From Bacteroidales bacterium (GTDB lineage: Bacteria; Bacteroidota; Bacteroidia; Bacteroidales; UBA12077): a DNA stretch of 64,000 bases. A program made the position numbers and the translations under genes. This document shows positions 37,627 through 48,004 of the stretch, one piece after another. The stretch covers positions 5,531 to 69,530 of the forward strand of contig JAUWQL010000001.1 of NCBI GenBank assembly GCA_030611105.1, read 5' to 3'. Numbering within the stretch: position 1 is the first letter of the stretch; every line of letters starts with the position of its first letter. The notes under the pieces are model-generated. The model saw nothing but the letters and a program-made list of their open reading frames with translations. It was not told the DNA's origin and did not search any database.

Positions 37627-37963
37627 ACAATTTGAAATATGGATTGCAGATTTGAATCCGCAAATTGGGACAGAAACAGGTAAAACAAGGCTTGTTCTTA
37701 CTATACAGACAAATTTGTTAAATAAAATTCCGCACCCTTCTACAATAATTTGCCCGATAACGACAAATGTTAAAAAAGATTCTAATATTTTAAGAGTTCA
37801 TATAAAAAAGGGGGTTGCAAATGTCAATAAAAACTGTGATATTATGCTTGACCAGATTCGGGCAATAGATAATAATCGATTAATAAAAAAAGTAGGTGAT
37901 TTACCTGCGGATTTGATTGTTATTATCAAAGAAAATATTTTGATAATACTTGATTTGGAATAA
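37616..37963 (+). CDS. mazF: PemK/MazF family type II toxin (endoribonuclease)
   Basis: MPIKQFEIWIADLNPQIGTETGKTR, ICPITT and DQIRAIDNNRL are typical MazF/PemK segments. The ATG at 37616 is preferred over the TTG at 37610. Confidence 0.83.
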   Translation: MPIKQFEIWIADLNPQIGTETGKTRLVLTIQTNLLNKIPHPSTIICPITTNVKKDSNILRVHIKKGVANVNKNCDIMLDQIRAIDNNRLIKKVGDLPADLIVIIKENILIILDLE

Positions 37964-38195
37964 TCCACTATACAGGTATATATCAAATCTTTTCCTTTTT
38001 GTCATATTTATTGCTATCAATCTTTTTATTTTAAAATTGTTATACTCCAGCGATATTTATATGGTTGATTATTAAGAACTTTTATAGTATTCATTATAAT
38101 AACTACTGTGCTAAATATTCCAAGAAATATTACAATTGGTAGTCCTATAAGCAAAAGAACAAGCAAACCTGGGCTCAGCAGAAAATTAGGGTGGC

Positions 38196-39044
38196 TTAGG
38201 CATAAATTTTAGCAAGTCTAAAAAGGAAAAAAGATATATCTGTCACACCTCTTTGTGTCGCTCTGAAAGCTTTTATTTTAGCATTAAAAGATTCTGCAGA
38301 AGCATTTGTGCTTCGATTATCAAAAAAGTTAAGAATTTCCGGATAATGAGAATAAATTGTGGCAGATATAGTATTAAACGATTTGAACCCTGATTCTGTT
38401 ATAGTATTGAACCATTGAGCAAGTTTTGTATATGCAACACCTTTTGTTTTAGTATGAGAGAATATCATTCTTAATGAATGAGTTAGATTGTAAGCTTCTT
38501 TGATATCAGGGTATTCTATAAATAATATTTTAGCTCGTACTTTTTGTTTCTCTGTCCATTTCTCTTGTGATTTAAAGAGCAAATATCTGCTACGGGCTAA
38601 TAATTGTTTTCGTGTATCTCCATTTTGAAATACCTTTGGTATATATTTTATGTTATCAGATTTTGCATTTTCTATTGCATTAGTTTCTTCATTTATAGCA
38701 TTCCAACGATGTGCGATACGTATTTCTTGAACGGCATCATAAGCTAATTTCTGAACATGAAAACGATCAATAACTTTTGTAGCATTTGGAAAACATTTTA
38801 CAACAACTTTACTCATGGAACCAGCCATATCTAATGTAATTTCTTTTACTGTTGCTCTAAGTTTTTTTGGTATACGTTCAATAACTTCTATGATTTGATC
38901 GCTACCAGTTCCTTCTATCATAGCAACTATTGTCCCTTTTCTGCCTTTGCCTGCTTTATTTGTTAAAACAGTATATAACTCACCATTAGATAAGCTTGTT
39001 TCGTCTATGCTTAATTGAGCACCTATATTATCAGGAAAAAGCAT
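38196..39044 (-). CDS. ISAon1-family transposase, catalytic part
   Basis: 282 aa from the first ATG; the frame stays open upstream to about 39190. Segments IDETSLSNGELYT, DRFHVQKLA and STNASAESFNAKIKAFR match my recollection of this transposase family. Confidence 0.8.
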   Translation of the reverse strand: MLFPDNIGAQLSIDETSLSNGELYTVLTNKAGKGRKGTIVAMIEGTGSDQIIEVIERIPKKLRATVKEITLDMAGSMSKVVVKCFPNATKVIDRFHVQKLAYDAVQEIRIAHRWNAINEETNAIENAKSDNIKYIPKVFQNGDTRKQLLARSRYLLFKSQEKWTEKQKVRAKILFIEYPDIKEAYNLTHSLRMIFSHTKTKGVAYTKLAQWFNTITESGFKSFNTISATIYSHYPEILNFFDNRSTNASAESFNAKIKAFRATQRGVTDISFFLFRLAKIYA

Positions 39045-39171
39045 CCATTCTTTTGCATGTTCTTTTTGATCCCATTCTTGATAATCACTTAAATGTTCTT
39101 TATACTGCCGGCCGAAATAAGTCCCATTTATATGATAATGTTTTTCTAAACTATTACTACTAATTGGAAAA

Positions 39172-39522
39172 TTATCTAAATATTTCTTTTAAAAAAGCAG
39201 CAAACTCTTTTGTGTAACTTGTGCCGTTTGCTGTTAAATTCCAATTAGTCATATAGACCTTCCCTGTTTGTTTATCTATCCATTTGCGACGTCTTATTAT
39301 AAAGTAAACTGCTTTCTCTCTTATTGGGAAATCTTGAATGTGTACAGCTTCATCAAATCCTTTCGAAACTAATTCTTTATCGGAATGTTCAGAAGGTTTT
39401 ATTGGTTTCTCATCCAAATACAACAATAAACGATTATTGGTATCTTCTTTAATATTGACAAAATCAAAATAAAGCTGGATCTCTTTAGGTAATAAATATT
39501 GCAATATTGATTCTATTTCCAT
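39172..39522 (-). CDS. ISAon1-family transposase N-terminal region protein
   Basis: 116 aa; DFPIREKAVYFIIRRRKWIDKQTGK matches the recalled N-terminal-region family. Ends inside a TTTTTAAAAG stretch where the downstream frame opens. Confidence 0.8.
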   Translation of the reverse strand: MEIESILQYLLPKEIQLYFDFVNIKEDTNNRLLLYLDEKPIKPSEHSDKELVSKGFDEAVHIQDFPIREKAVYFIIRRRKWIDKQTGKVYMTNWNLTANGTSYTKEFAAFLKEIFR

Positions 39523-40131
39523 AAAGTAAAAATAGAAAATATTTATAACTCCACCCTAATTTTCTGCTGAGCCCAAACCTGCAGGGATCATATATATTAA
39601 CATACTAAGTTGAAAATTAATTACATCTACTGCATGCGAATCTATATCTTTGATCGTGTTCTTTTTCCAAACCCAGATAATAATTGGAGGGAAAAGCATA
39701 ATAAATAAGCCACTAAGGTGCAAAAGTGCTAACCAAATTGTATTTTCTGTTTGAGTATTTTTTTCAAACTCAATATCATCCATAATATTTAATTCATTAT
39801 AATCAACATCTAATGCTGATGCTATTGACTGCAAAGTAAATGATCTAGGATCAACTTCGCTATTTTCAATGCGTTGTATGGTGCGAACACTAAGCTCAGT
39901 TTTTTCAGCAAGCTCTTCTTGAGTCATCCCTTTTTTAATTCGCAATTCTTTAATTCTTTGTCCTGTATTCATTTTTAAATTGTATTATAGGTTTTATTAT
40001 TTTCTTTTAAGCAAATATCTGATAAATCCATGTTACAATCCAACTACATTAACACGACATTTACCTGACATTAATTAATCTAAAAATTCTATAACTAATA
40101 TTTATACAGATATTAAAGTTGTAAAGTAAAA

Positions 40132-43100
40132 CTATCTAAAAACCAAATTATTAGCAGATTTTAATAAAATGCTCATTTCTGCTGCAAGTTCAAAGTTCAT
40201 TTCTTTAATAGATTTTGAACTAAATTTAATTTCCAAAATTGAAAAATCATTTTTATCTAATCTTGCAGTTCCTTCTTCTGATGTAAAAATGTACTCAGTT
40301 TGATTTTCTAAAAGTGATACAGTTTTACCATTTTGTTTGTAAATAAGAGTTTTCGCATTTTTAGTGTTTTCAAGATAAAAACCTTCTTCTGCCATATCAA
40401 ATGACGATTTAGTTAACCAAAACTTGGGTTTCTCTTTGTATGGTGCGCTATTGGTCGGGCAGAATGTATTACAATTCCCACATTCATTACAGAAATTAGC
40501 AATATTTAATATTTGATACTTCTGTTTAACTTCAAAAATTCTTTCGTTTTGGATTTCAATTTCTCCATTTCCAAGTTGAATAGCTTTCTGAAGATGATAA
40601 TTTACAGGTTCAATCTCATAAGAATAATTGGCAAAATTAGGGCAAACCGTTGTACATATATTACAAATTTCATCACAATACAAGCAACGTTCAGCTTCAT
40701 TTATAATGGTTTCCCGATCCAGTGTTTTGCTTACCAGTTTTAAATTTTTACGATCATTTATACCCAGTTCTTTTAGTTCAGGAGCAAACTTTCTGCTTGC
40801 TTTTTTTAGCATTAGTTCTTTTTTGCTTAAGTTTTTTCCATTGGCAGGTTTTGGAATGCTAAAATCAATTTCTGCTTTTTTAATAATTTGTTCAGCTGCT
40901 TTTCTTCCATCTCCAATGGCTTTAATTGCAGTTGCAGCACCACGCAAGGCATCACCACCAATAAATATATTTTCAATTTGTATTTGATAATCACTTGTAT
41001 CTGCTTTTAATAACTCTTTCTTTATAAAATCAATATCCAGACTTTGACCAATTGCCGGAATAATGGTATCGCACGGAATTTCAAACTCTGACTCTTCAAT
41101 TTTTACAGGCCTTGGCCTGCCTGATGAATCTGTTTCTTTTAATTCCATTTTACTGCAAAGCAATGCTTTAACCTGTCCATTTTCGTTTATTACTTTTTCA
41201 GGCCCTGCCAGTTCAATAATTTCCATATTTTCTTCTAAGACAGCTTTTATTTCTCCCTGATCAGCGGGCATTTCATTTATAGTACGTCTGTAAACAATGG
41301 TTACTTTGCCATCTTCACCAACTAATCGCCAGGCCGTTCTTGCAGCATCCATAGCTGTGTTACCACCGCCAATAATAACCACATTCTTCCCAATTCCGGA
41401 TTTTTCACTTTTTTTAGCTTTAAAAAGGAAATCCAGCGAATCAACAACTCCCTCTGATTCTATTCCATCCAGTTGGAAAGGAGCAGAGAGTTGCGCTCCT
41501 GTACCGATAAATAAATAGTTGTAATTTTCTTTTAATGATTGAAACTTGTTTTGATCAACTTTGCTGTTATAATGAATTTGAACACCAAGATCGGTAACAC
41601 GTTTAAAATCTTTTTCAATAGCTTCATCAGTTAATCTAAAACCGGGAATAGCATACTGAACCATTCCTCCGGCTTTGGAGTTTGCTTCAAAAATATCAAT
41701 TGAAAAACCTGCAAGGGCAAGATAATAAGCACATGATAAACCCGATGGACCTGCTCCAATAATGGCAATCTTGAAATTATTTTTATTTTCAGGATTTAAT
41801 TTTACTTCATCTTGTTCCGAAATAAAGCGTTTTACTTCACGAATCAGCAGGGAATCATCATAATTAACACGAGTACATTTATTTTGGCACAAATGATCGC
41901 AAACCATTCCGGTAATTGCCGGAAAAGGATTAGTCTTTAAAATTACTTCATAAGCTTTATCAAACTGATTAGTGGAAGTATAATACATGTAATCAGGAAT
42001 ATCCTGATTTGTAGCACAGGTGTCTTTACAAGGTGCGGAAATACAATCAAAATAACCCAAATTCCGATCAGTCTTAATATCAGGATCTTTTATGTAATTT
42101 CTTTTGTATTGCTTTGAATCAAGAACTTTCTCTGCATATTTATTCAGGTTTTTCAAAGCAGCATCTTTCAGGCTTTTACCAGCTCCTGAATTTTTTACAA
42201 ATTCCTGTATATTGCTTGCATTTTGAGTTTTAAAATCATTTATTAGTTCTTCAAAATACTGATTCAACCGCATGTAGCCGCCTGGTTTTAATATATCGGA
42301 ACATACTGTTACTGTTTTAAATCCGCAAGAAAGAATATTGGAAATATTGAAAGTATCGGCTCCGGCTGAGAATGACAATTGTAATTCTCCACTGAATTCA
42401 TTCTGTAATTTCTTAGCGACATGAATTGAAATAGGATGTAGAGCACGGCCACTCATATACATCATATCTACACCGGAGCCAAACACTGATTTGTTATTTA
42501 TTGATTCTAACGTATTAGTAAGTTTTAATCCAAAATGTAGATTTTTTTGCTTTGCTGTTTTCTGTAAGGATCGAATAATTATTAAAGCATCCTGATATTT
42601 TAAATCATGTTCAAAGGCAATATCAGGAACTTCTGTTCTAAAGTTTAATGTATCATTCAGAATTTCTCTTAATAGATATGATCCCAGTAATGTTGGATTC
42701 AATTTCACATAAGTATGCAGATTCTTTTCTTCCAATAGATATTTGGCAATGTCTTCGATTTCATTTGCCGGACAGCCGTGCATGGTTGATAAGGTAATAT
42801 TATTTGATAATTGAGCAGGAATCTCAATGGAATCAATGTCAGGATAAATTTCCTGAATTTCATTTATCTTTTCTTTCAGTTCCAAAGAAGAATTATTCAT
42901 TTTACTAAAAAACCACTGAATATTATCCTGTAGAATTCCTTCAAGGTTATAACCGACACTCATATTAAAAATAGTACCAATTTCTTTGTTCCATCCAAAT
43001 TTATTATTCAGAATATGTATAATAATCCATGCATTAAGGTATTCGTTAAAGCTTTCTTTTATTTTTAATTCCTGCGACCATTCACAATTATAACCTTCAT

Positions 43101-43410
43101 CCTGCATGTCAATACAGGGCTTTGCAATTTCAAGCTCATCCAGTGTTTGTATGGTTTTTAATTCAATATAACGAGCACCCATCAGCCACGCTCCAATAAT
43201 ATTTTGTGCCATTTGAGAATGCGGGCCGGCAGCAACACCAAGCGGAGAATCAATGTTTTGATTGAACTGTTCTACCTTAAAAAGATTGTTTTTTACAGGA
43301 TTAAAGAATAATTCTTCAGGAATGCCAAAAATACTTTGGCTATTATTATATTCTTTTAAAATAATTTGCAATAATTGCTTTATAGATATGGGATAAAACT
43401 TGTCTGACAT
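40132..43410 (-). CDS. ygfK: YgfK-family multidomain Fe-S flavoprotein oxidoreductase (annotated elsewhere as putative selenate reductase subunit YgfK)
   Basis: 1092 aa; N-terminal DHODH/DPD-like TIM-barrel region, a GltD-like dinucleotide fold (IAIIGAGPSGLSCAYYLA; VVIIGGGNTAMDAA), and C-terminal ferredoxin motifs (CLYCDEICNICTTVCP; CNECGNCNTFCP). Confidence 0.86.
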   Translation of the reverse strand: MSDKFYPISIKQLLQIILKEYNNSQSIFGIPEELFFNPVKNNLFKVEQFNQNIDSPLGVAAGPHSQMAQNIIGAWLMGARYIELKTIQTLDELEIAKPCIDMQDEGYNCEWSQELKIKESFNEYLNAWIIIHILNNKFGWNKEIGTIFNMSVGYNLEGILQDNIQWFFSKMNNSSLELKEKINEIQEIYPDIDSIEIPAQLSNNITLSTMHGCPANEIEDIAKYLLEEKNLHTYVKLNPTLLGSYLLREILNDTLNFRTEVPDIAFEHDLKYQDALIIIRSLQKTAKQKNLHFGLKLTNTLESINNKSVFGSGVDMMYMSGRALHPISIHVAKKLQNEFSGELQLSFSAGADTFNISNILSCGFKTVTVCSDILKPGGYMRLNQYFEELINDFKTQNASNIQEFVKNSGAGKSLKDAALKNLNKYAEKVLDSKQYKRNYIKDPDIKTDRNLGYFDCISAPCKDTCATNQDIPDYMYYTSTNQFDKAYEVILKTNPFPAITGMVCDHLCQNKCTRVNYDDSLLIREVKRFISEQDEVKLNPENKNNFKIAIIGAGPSGLSCAYYLALAGFSIDIFEANSKAGGMVQYAIPGFRLTDEAIEKDFKRVTDLGVQIHYNSKVDQNKFQSLKENYNYLFIGTGAQLSAPFQLDGIESEGVVDSLDFLFKAKKSEKSGIGKNVVIIGGGNTAMDAARTAWRLVGEDGKVTIVYRRTINEMPADQGEIKAVLEENMEIIELAGPEKVINENGQVKALLCSKMELKETDSSGRPRPVKIEESEFEIPCDTIIPAIGQSLDIDFIKKELLKADTSDYQIQIENIFIGGDALRGAATAIKAIGDGRKAAEQIIKKAEIDFSIPKPANGKNLSKKELMLKKASRKFAPELKELGINDRKNLKLVSKTLDRETIINEAERCLYCDEICNICTTVCPNFANYSYEIEPVNYHLQKAIQLGNGEIEIQNERIFEVKQKYQILNIANFCNECGNCNTFCPTNSAPYKEKPKFWLTKSSFDMAEEGFYLENTKNAKTLIYKQNGKTVSLLENQTEYIFTSEEGTARLDKNDFSILEIKFSSKSIKEMNFELAAEMSILLKSANNLVFR

Positions 43411-43621
43411 GGTTATTGTGTTTCAAATTCCAAATTTAAAGGTAAATTGGTAAAATAGTTTACTCGTATATTGGTATTTCTTCCTTGCTACATTTATCTT
43501 TTTACTTTAATCTTTTGTTAAATTAAGTTTTTAGTTTCGAGTTATGAGCAAAAACAAGTAACTAGCAACGAGTAACAAATTTATATAAAACAGCTGAGAT
43601 TCTTTAATTTCTTCTATATTT

Positions 43622-44251
43622 ATGATCAATTTCAGAAAAAATATGAAGCAAAATAATAAAATAGAAAAAGATTTTTCTGCAATTATTCTCGCTGCCGGAA
43701 AATCATCACGGATGGGACTTCCAAAACTGGCATTAAGATATAATGAAACCAAAATTTTTATTGAACAGATTGTAAACGAATATGAAAGTTTTGGATGTGA
43801 AGAAATTCTTATTGTTGTGAATGGAACAGGAAACAGCTTTTTGACAGAAAATAAAATTCAATTTTCGGGTAATGTAAAAATTGTAATTAATAATCATCCT
43901 GAATGGCATCGGTTTTATTCTTTAAAAACAGGAGCAAAGAGTATGTCAGAAGTTTTACCTGTTTTTGTTCATAATGTCGATAATCCTTTTGTAAATCATG
44001 AAGTATTAAATGAATTATTAAGAAACACCGACAAGGTAGATTATATAAGCCCTGAATTTGATGGAAAAGGAGGACATCCGATTTTACTTTCAGAGAAAAT
44101 AATTAAGGATGTAATTGCAACAGTAGAGAATCAAATACATTTTAAAGAATATCTGAATAAATATCCCAAAAAGAAAGTACAGGTTGATGATGAAAAGATT
44201 TTGGTGAATATTAATACCTTGGAAGAATATAAAAAGTACTTCAATTTCTAG
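43622..44251 (+). CDS. MocA/YgfJ-type molybdenum cofactor nucleotidyltransferase
   Basis: AIILAAGKSSRMGLPK is the MobA/MocA signature. The start may instead be the ATG at 43643. Confidence 0.78.
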   Translation: MINFRKNMKQNNKIEKDFSAIILAAGKSSRMGLPKLALRYNETKIFIEQIVNEYESFGCEEILIVVNGTGNSFLTENKIQFSGNVKIVINNHPEWHRFYSLKTGAKSMSEVLPVFVHNVDNPFVNHEVLNELLRNTDKVDYISPEFDGKGGHPILLSEKIIKDVIATVENQIHFKEYLNKYPKKKVQVDDEKILVNINTLEEYKKYFNF

Positions 44252-44298
44252 TTTCAGATTTCAAATTTCATGTTAATTTGAAACTTGAAATCCGAAAT
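44252..44298. terminator. periodic-arm hairpin acting as a convergent terminator
   Basis: GTTTCAGATTTCAAATTTCA-TGTTA-ATTTGAAACTTGAAATC lies between two convergent stops. Confidence 0.5.
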
Positions 44299-44305
44299 TT
44301 GGAAT

Positions 44306-46558
44306 TTATTTTTGATACAATCTCATCAAAACCTTTTCAGGAGTTAATGGTGCATCAAAATCAATTTTATAATTTGGATTGAACGCGTTTATTGCTTTAG
44401 CTAATGCAAAGTAGGCTCCAATTCCATACATGAATGGAGGTTCGCCAATAGCTTTCGATCTTAATAATGCTAATTCTGGCCCTTCAGTTTTTAAAGCTGT
44501 AATATCAATATTTTTAGGAACAGAATAAATATCCGGTACTTTATAAGTAGATAAACTGTTTGATAATAATTTCCCGTTTTTTCCGAAAGAAATTTCTTCC
44601 ATTGTCATCCAACCAATTCCTTGTACTACTGCACCTTCGATTTGTCCATTGTCAATAATTGTATTCATGCTGTTCCCGAAGTCATGAACTATTTTTACAT
44701 CATCGAATTCGTAGGTGCCGCGAATACAGTCTAAAGTAACTGTTATTATAGCTATTCCATAAACATGGTATGCAAATGGATGGCCTTTCTCTTTGGCTTT
44801 ATCGAAATGAATAATTGGTGTTATATAATGTCCATTTTCTGTGAGACAAACACGGTCTAAAAATGCTGTTTTTATCAATTGTTCCCAAAGTATATCAGTT
44901 TTTTTATTATTACGTAAAACAGTTTCATTCTTGATTCGTACTTCTGAAATATCACAAGATAACATTTTTGCTGCTGTTCCTTTTAATCTTTCAAGAAGAG
45001 TATTACAGGCAATTCGTAAAGCATTCCCATTTAAATCGGCTCCTGAACTTGCAGCAGTAGGCGATGTATTGGCAACACGTGTAGTATTGGTTGATTCAAT
45101 TTTTATTTTTTCAGGTTTAATTGAAAAAACGGATGCTGCAACCTGAATCATTTTTGTATTTACGCTTTGTCCCATTTCTATAGCTCCGGTACTTATTCCA
45201 AGACTACCGTCCTGATATATATGAACTAAGGCTCTGGCTTGATTCATTGGAGTTTTGGTGAATGAAATTCCAAAACATATTGGCATAACAGCCATTCCCT
45301 TTTTATAATTCGTATTCTTTGAATTAAACTCCTGGATTTCTTGCTCAATCTGTTCAATATGATAGGTCTTGTCAGCCGTTTTGTAGCAATGATCAATATT
45401 TGCACTTTCAGCTATTTGACCGTATTGAAATTCATCATTTTCTTTAATAAAATTTTTCTTCTGAATTTTACTTGTTGGAATGTTTAACTGACATGCTGCT
45501 TTAGCAATTGCCGATTCGATTACAAACATTCCTTGAGGTGCTCCAAAACCTCTGAATGCTGTGTTTGTCGGAAGATTGGTTTTGCAACTGTAAACGGTAA
45601 CTTCAGTGTTTGGAATAAAATATACATTTGTAGTATGAAATAAAGTACGTTCCATAATAGCCGGTGATAAGTCATTTGCAGCACCGCCATTCTGGTACAT
45701 TGTAGTTTTGAAAGCAATAATCTTGTAATCTTTGTTTAAGCCAATTTTAAAATCAGAACTGTAAGGATGGCGTTTTCCTGTCATCTGCATATCGTCTAAG
45801 CGATGCAAGGCAATTTTAACAGGTTTTTGTAATAAGTATGCAGCTAATGCAGCCATACAAGCGTATGCCGTTGCCTGATCCTCTTTTCCTCCAAAAGCTC
45901 CACCCAATCGTGCTACATCAACTTCAATTCGATGCATTGATAATCCGAGTATCTGAGCAGCAATTTTTTGAACCAAGGTGGCTCCCTGGGTTGATGAATG
46001 AATTTTTATACTTTCATTATCTATCGGATAGGCATAAGAGCCTTGTGTTTCGATATATAAATGTTCTTGCCCTCCATTTTCGACTTTTCCTTCAAAAATA
46101 TAATCGCATTTTGACCATTCCTTGGTAACATCGCCCATTTTAAAAGTTCTTGAAGGTGTCAATAAATGTCCTTTTTCTTGAGCTTCTCTGGGGGCAGTAA
46201 TAACTTCCAATTCTTCAATATCAATTTTGATAAGTTTTACTGCTTTTCTGGCAATATTTTCATTTTTAGCAACAATAAATGCAACCGGTTGCCCTATAAA
46301 ATCAACTTCGTCTTCAGCAAACAAGGCCTCATCTTCTATTATACCACCAATCTGGTTTTTACCTGGAATATCTTTATATGTAAATATTTTTTCAACTCCT
46401 TCTAATGATTCTGCTTCTGATAAATTAAGGTTAATTATTTTACCATGTGCTTTGGGTGAACTAAAAACAGCTCCAAATAATGTTCCTGTTTGAACAGGAA
46501 TATCATCAACATAAACAGATTTGCCTGTAACGTGATTTTTTGAGTCAATATTTTTCAT
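44306..46558 (-). CDS. xdhB: xanthine dehydrogenase large (molybdopterin-binding) subunit
   Basis: 750 aa; GGAFGGKE, the FRGFGAPQG motif characteristic of true XDHs, and an AIGEPP C-terminal motif. Confidence 0.9.
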   Translation of the reverse strand: MKNIDSKNHVTGKSVYVDDIPVQTGTLFGAVFSSPKAHGKIINLNLSEAESLEGVEKIFTYKDIPGKNQIGGIIEDEALFAEDEVDFIGQPVAFIVAKNENIARKAVKLIKIDIEELEVITAPREAQEKGHLLTPSRTFKMGDVTKEWSKCDYIFEGKVENGGQEHLYIETQGSYAYPIDNESIKIHSSTQGATLVQKIAAQILGLSMHRIEVDVARLGGAFGGKEDQATAYACMAALAAYLLQKPVKIALHRLDDMQMTGKRHPYSSDFKIGLNKDYKIIAFKTTMYQNGGAANDLSPAIMERTLFHTTNVYFIPNTEVTVYSCKTNLPTNTAFRGFGAPQGMFVIESAIAKAACQLNIPTSKIQKKNFIKENDEFQYGQIAESANIDHCYKTADKTYHIEQIEQEIQEFNSKNTNYKKGMAVMPICFGISFTKTPMNQARALVHIYQDGSLGISTGAIEMGQSVNTKMIQVAASVFSIKPEKIKIESTNTTRVANTSPTAASSGADLNGNALRIACNTLLERLKGTAAKMLSCDISEVRIKNETVLRNNKKTDILWEQLIKTAFLDRVCLTENGHYITPIIHFDKAKEKGHPFAYHVYGIAIITVTLDCIRGTYEFDDVKIVHDFGNSMNTIIDNGQIEGAVVQGIGWMTMEEISFGKNGKLLSNSLSTYKVPDIYSVPKNIDITALKTEGPELALLRSKAIGEPPFMYGIGAYFALAKAINAFNPNYKIDFDAPLTPEKVLMRLYQK

Positions 46559-46571
46559 AGTAATCGTCAGT

Positions 46572-47975
46572 TTAGCTTAATAATTCATTTAGGGAAATAT
46601 TATCAGGGAATAATTTTATGAAATGTGCAAAAAGTAATTGTCGCAACAACAATCTTTTATATTCTGTACTTCCCCGAATATCACTAATAGGAGATATCTC
46701 CTCCTGAATTATTTCATTTGCTTTAATAATTGTTCCATTAGTAATTTTTTTACCAATCAAATAAGCTGATGTCTTATTTAAATATTTTGGTACAGCACTT
46801 ACACCGCCAGCAGAAATAGTACAGGCTTCGATCATATCATCTTTTAATTGTAAATAGATTGCTGTATTTACGCTGGCAATATCTAAATGTGTTCGTTTAC
46901 TAACTTTTTCGAAATTGAAATAAAATTCATTTTGTGGAATTGGAATAATAACTGATTCAATGTATTCGTTTTTTTGAAGATTCAGTTTTTTATAATCTAA
47001 AAAGAAATCTTTTAGAGGTAACCTTCGTGTACTATTTGATTCTTTTAATATGATGTCAGCATTTAAAGCCAGAAAGAAGATGCTTAAATCACCTATTGGT
47101 GAAGCATTAACAAAATTTCCTGCAATAGTTCCCATATTACGGATTTGTTCCGACGAGATAAGTTTGAAATATGATTTTATATCCGGAAAATATTCCTGCA
47201 TCACAGGTGATTCCATTATTTCATTAGCGTTGGAAGCAGAACCGATAATAATTGATTCTTTTACTTTTCTTATTCCTTTCAGGTCTTTTCTGTCGTAAAA
47301 TAAGTTGATATTTGTTTCTGCGATTTCTTCTGGTTTTTGAACCATTAAATCAGTTCCACCACCAATAATCTGTGCATTTTCAGATGTTTCAAGTTGATTC
47401 TTTTCGATTTCATTCAATCTCTTTCCTATTTCAAGAAAATATTCTGGTAAATGTTCATTATCGACTAACCACTTTATTGGATCATTAATATCTTTTACTT
47501 TTAACAATTCAGAAATACTTTCAGCAGCTTTTTCGATTGATTTATAGCCAGTACAGCGGCATATATTTCCACTAATTGAAGCTATAGCTTTTTCTTTATC
47601 AGATGATGCTTCAGAAAGGCTGTGCCCGGTAAGCGACATTACAAAGCCTGGAGTACAGAAGCCACATTGTGTGGCTGCATGATCAACAAAAGCGTTCTGA
47701 ACCGGAGTCAGCTCTTTCATATTTATTCCTTCGATTGTTACAATATGCTTACCATGTGCATTCCCAATAGGAGTTAAACAAGAAACAATGCTTTTGTATT
47801 TTACTTTATTATTTTTGATTATTCCTTCCAAAACCGTACAGGCACCGCAATCGCCTTCTCTACAACCAATCTTTGTTCCCGGTAAATTCATTTCGTAACG
47901 AATAAAATCGAGCAGGGTAGTTCCCTGGTGATTTTCAGTTTGGACTAATTTATTATTTAGAATGAATGTTATCAT
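46572..47975 (-). CDS. xdhA: xanthine dehydrogenase small subunit (2Fe-2S plus FAD-binding domains)
   Basis: 467 aa; CREGDCGACTV and CGFCTPG ... CRCTGY clusters, then an FAD-binding-5-like IIGGGTDL. Confidence 0.9.
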   Translation of the reverse strand: MITFILNNKLVQTENHQGTTLLDFIRYEMNLPGTKIGCREGDCGACTVLEGIIKNNKVKYKSIVSCLTPIGNAHGKHIVTIEGINMKELTPVQNAFVDHAATQCGFCTPGFVMSLTGHSLSEASSDKEKAIASISGNICRCTGYKSIEKAAESISELLKVKDINDPIKWLVDNEHLPEYFLEIGKRLNEIEKNQLETSENAQIIGGGTDLMVQKPEEIAETNINLFYDRKDLKGIRKVKESIIIGSASNANEIMESPVMQEYFPDIKSYFKLISSEQIRNMGTIAGNFVNASPIGDLSIFFLALNADIILKESNSTRRLPLKDFFLDYKKLNLQKNEYIESVIIPIPQNEFYFNFEKVSKRTHLDIASVNTAIYLQLKDDMIEACTISAGGVSAVPKYLNKTSAYLIGKKITNGTIIKANEIIQEEISPISDIRGSTEYKRLLLRQLLFAHFIKLFPDNISLNELLS

Positions 47976-48004
47976 AATAAAAAGTTAATAAATTTCAGAT
48001 TTTT

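Larger units (their letters stand above)
38171..39574 (-). mobile_element. ISAon1-type insertion sequence (1404 bp)
   Basis: Perfect 24-bp terminal inverted repeats GGGCTCAGCAGAAAATTAGGGTGG (38171-38194, and the reverse complement at 39551-39574). The flanking direct repeat AAACCT (38165-38170 and 39575-39580) is the TSD. Two transposase ORFs lie inside. Confidence 0.88.
38026..39972 (-). pseudogene. XRE-HTH plus DUF4870-like membrane protein gene interrupted by an IS
   Basis: The 5' part (39575-39972) encodes an HTH (QRIKELRIKKGMTQEELAEKT) and TM helices. Removing the IS and one TSD copy restores the frame into 38026-38170 (…IPAGLLVLLLIGLPIVIFLGIFSTVVIIMNTIKVLNNQPYKYRWSITILK, then stop). 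Confidence 0.75.
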
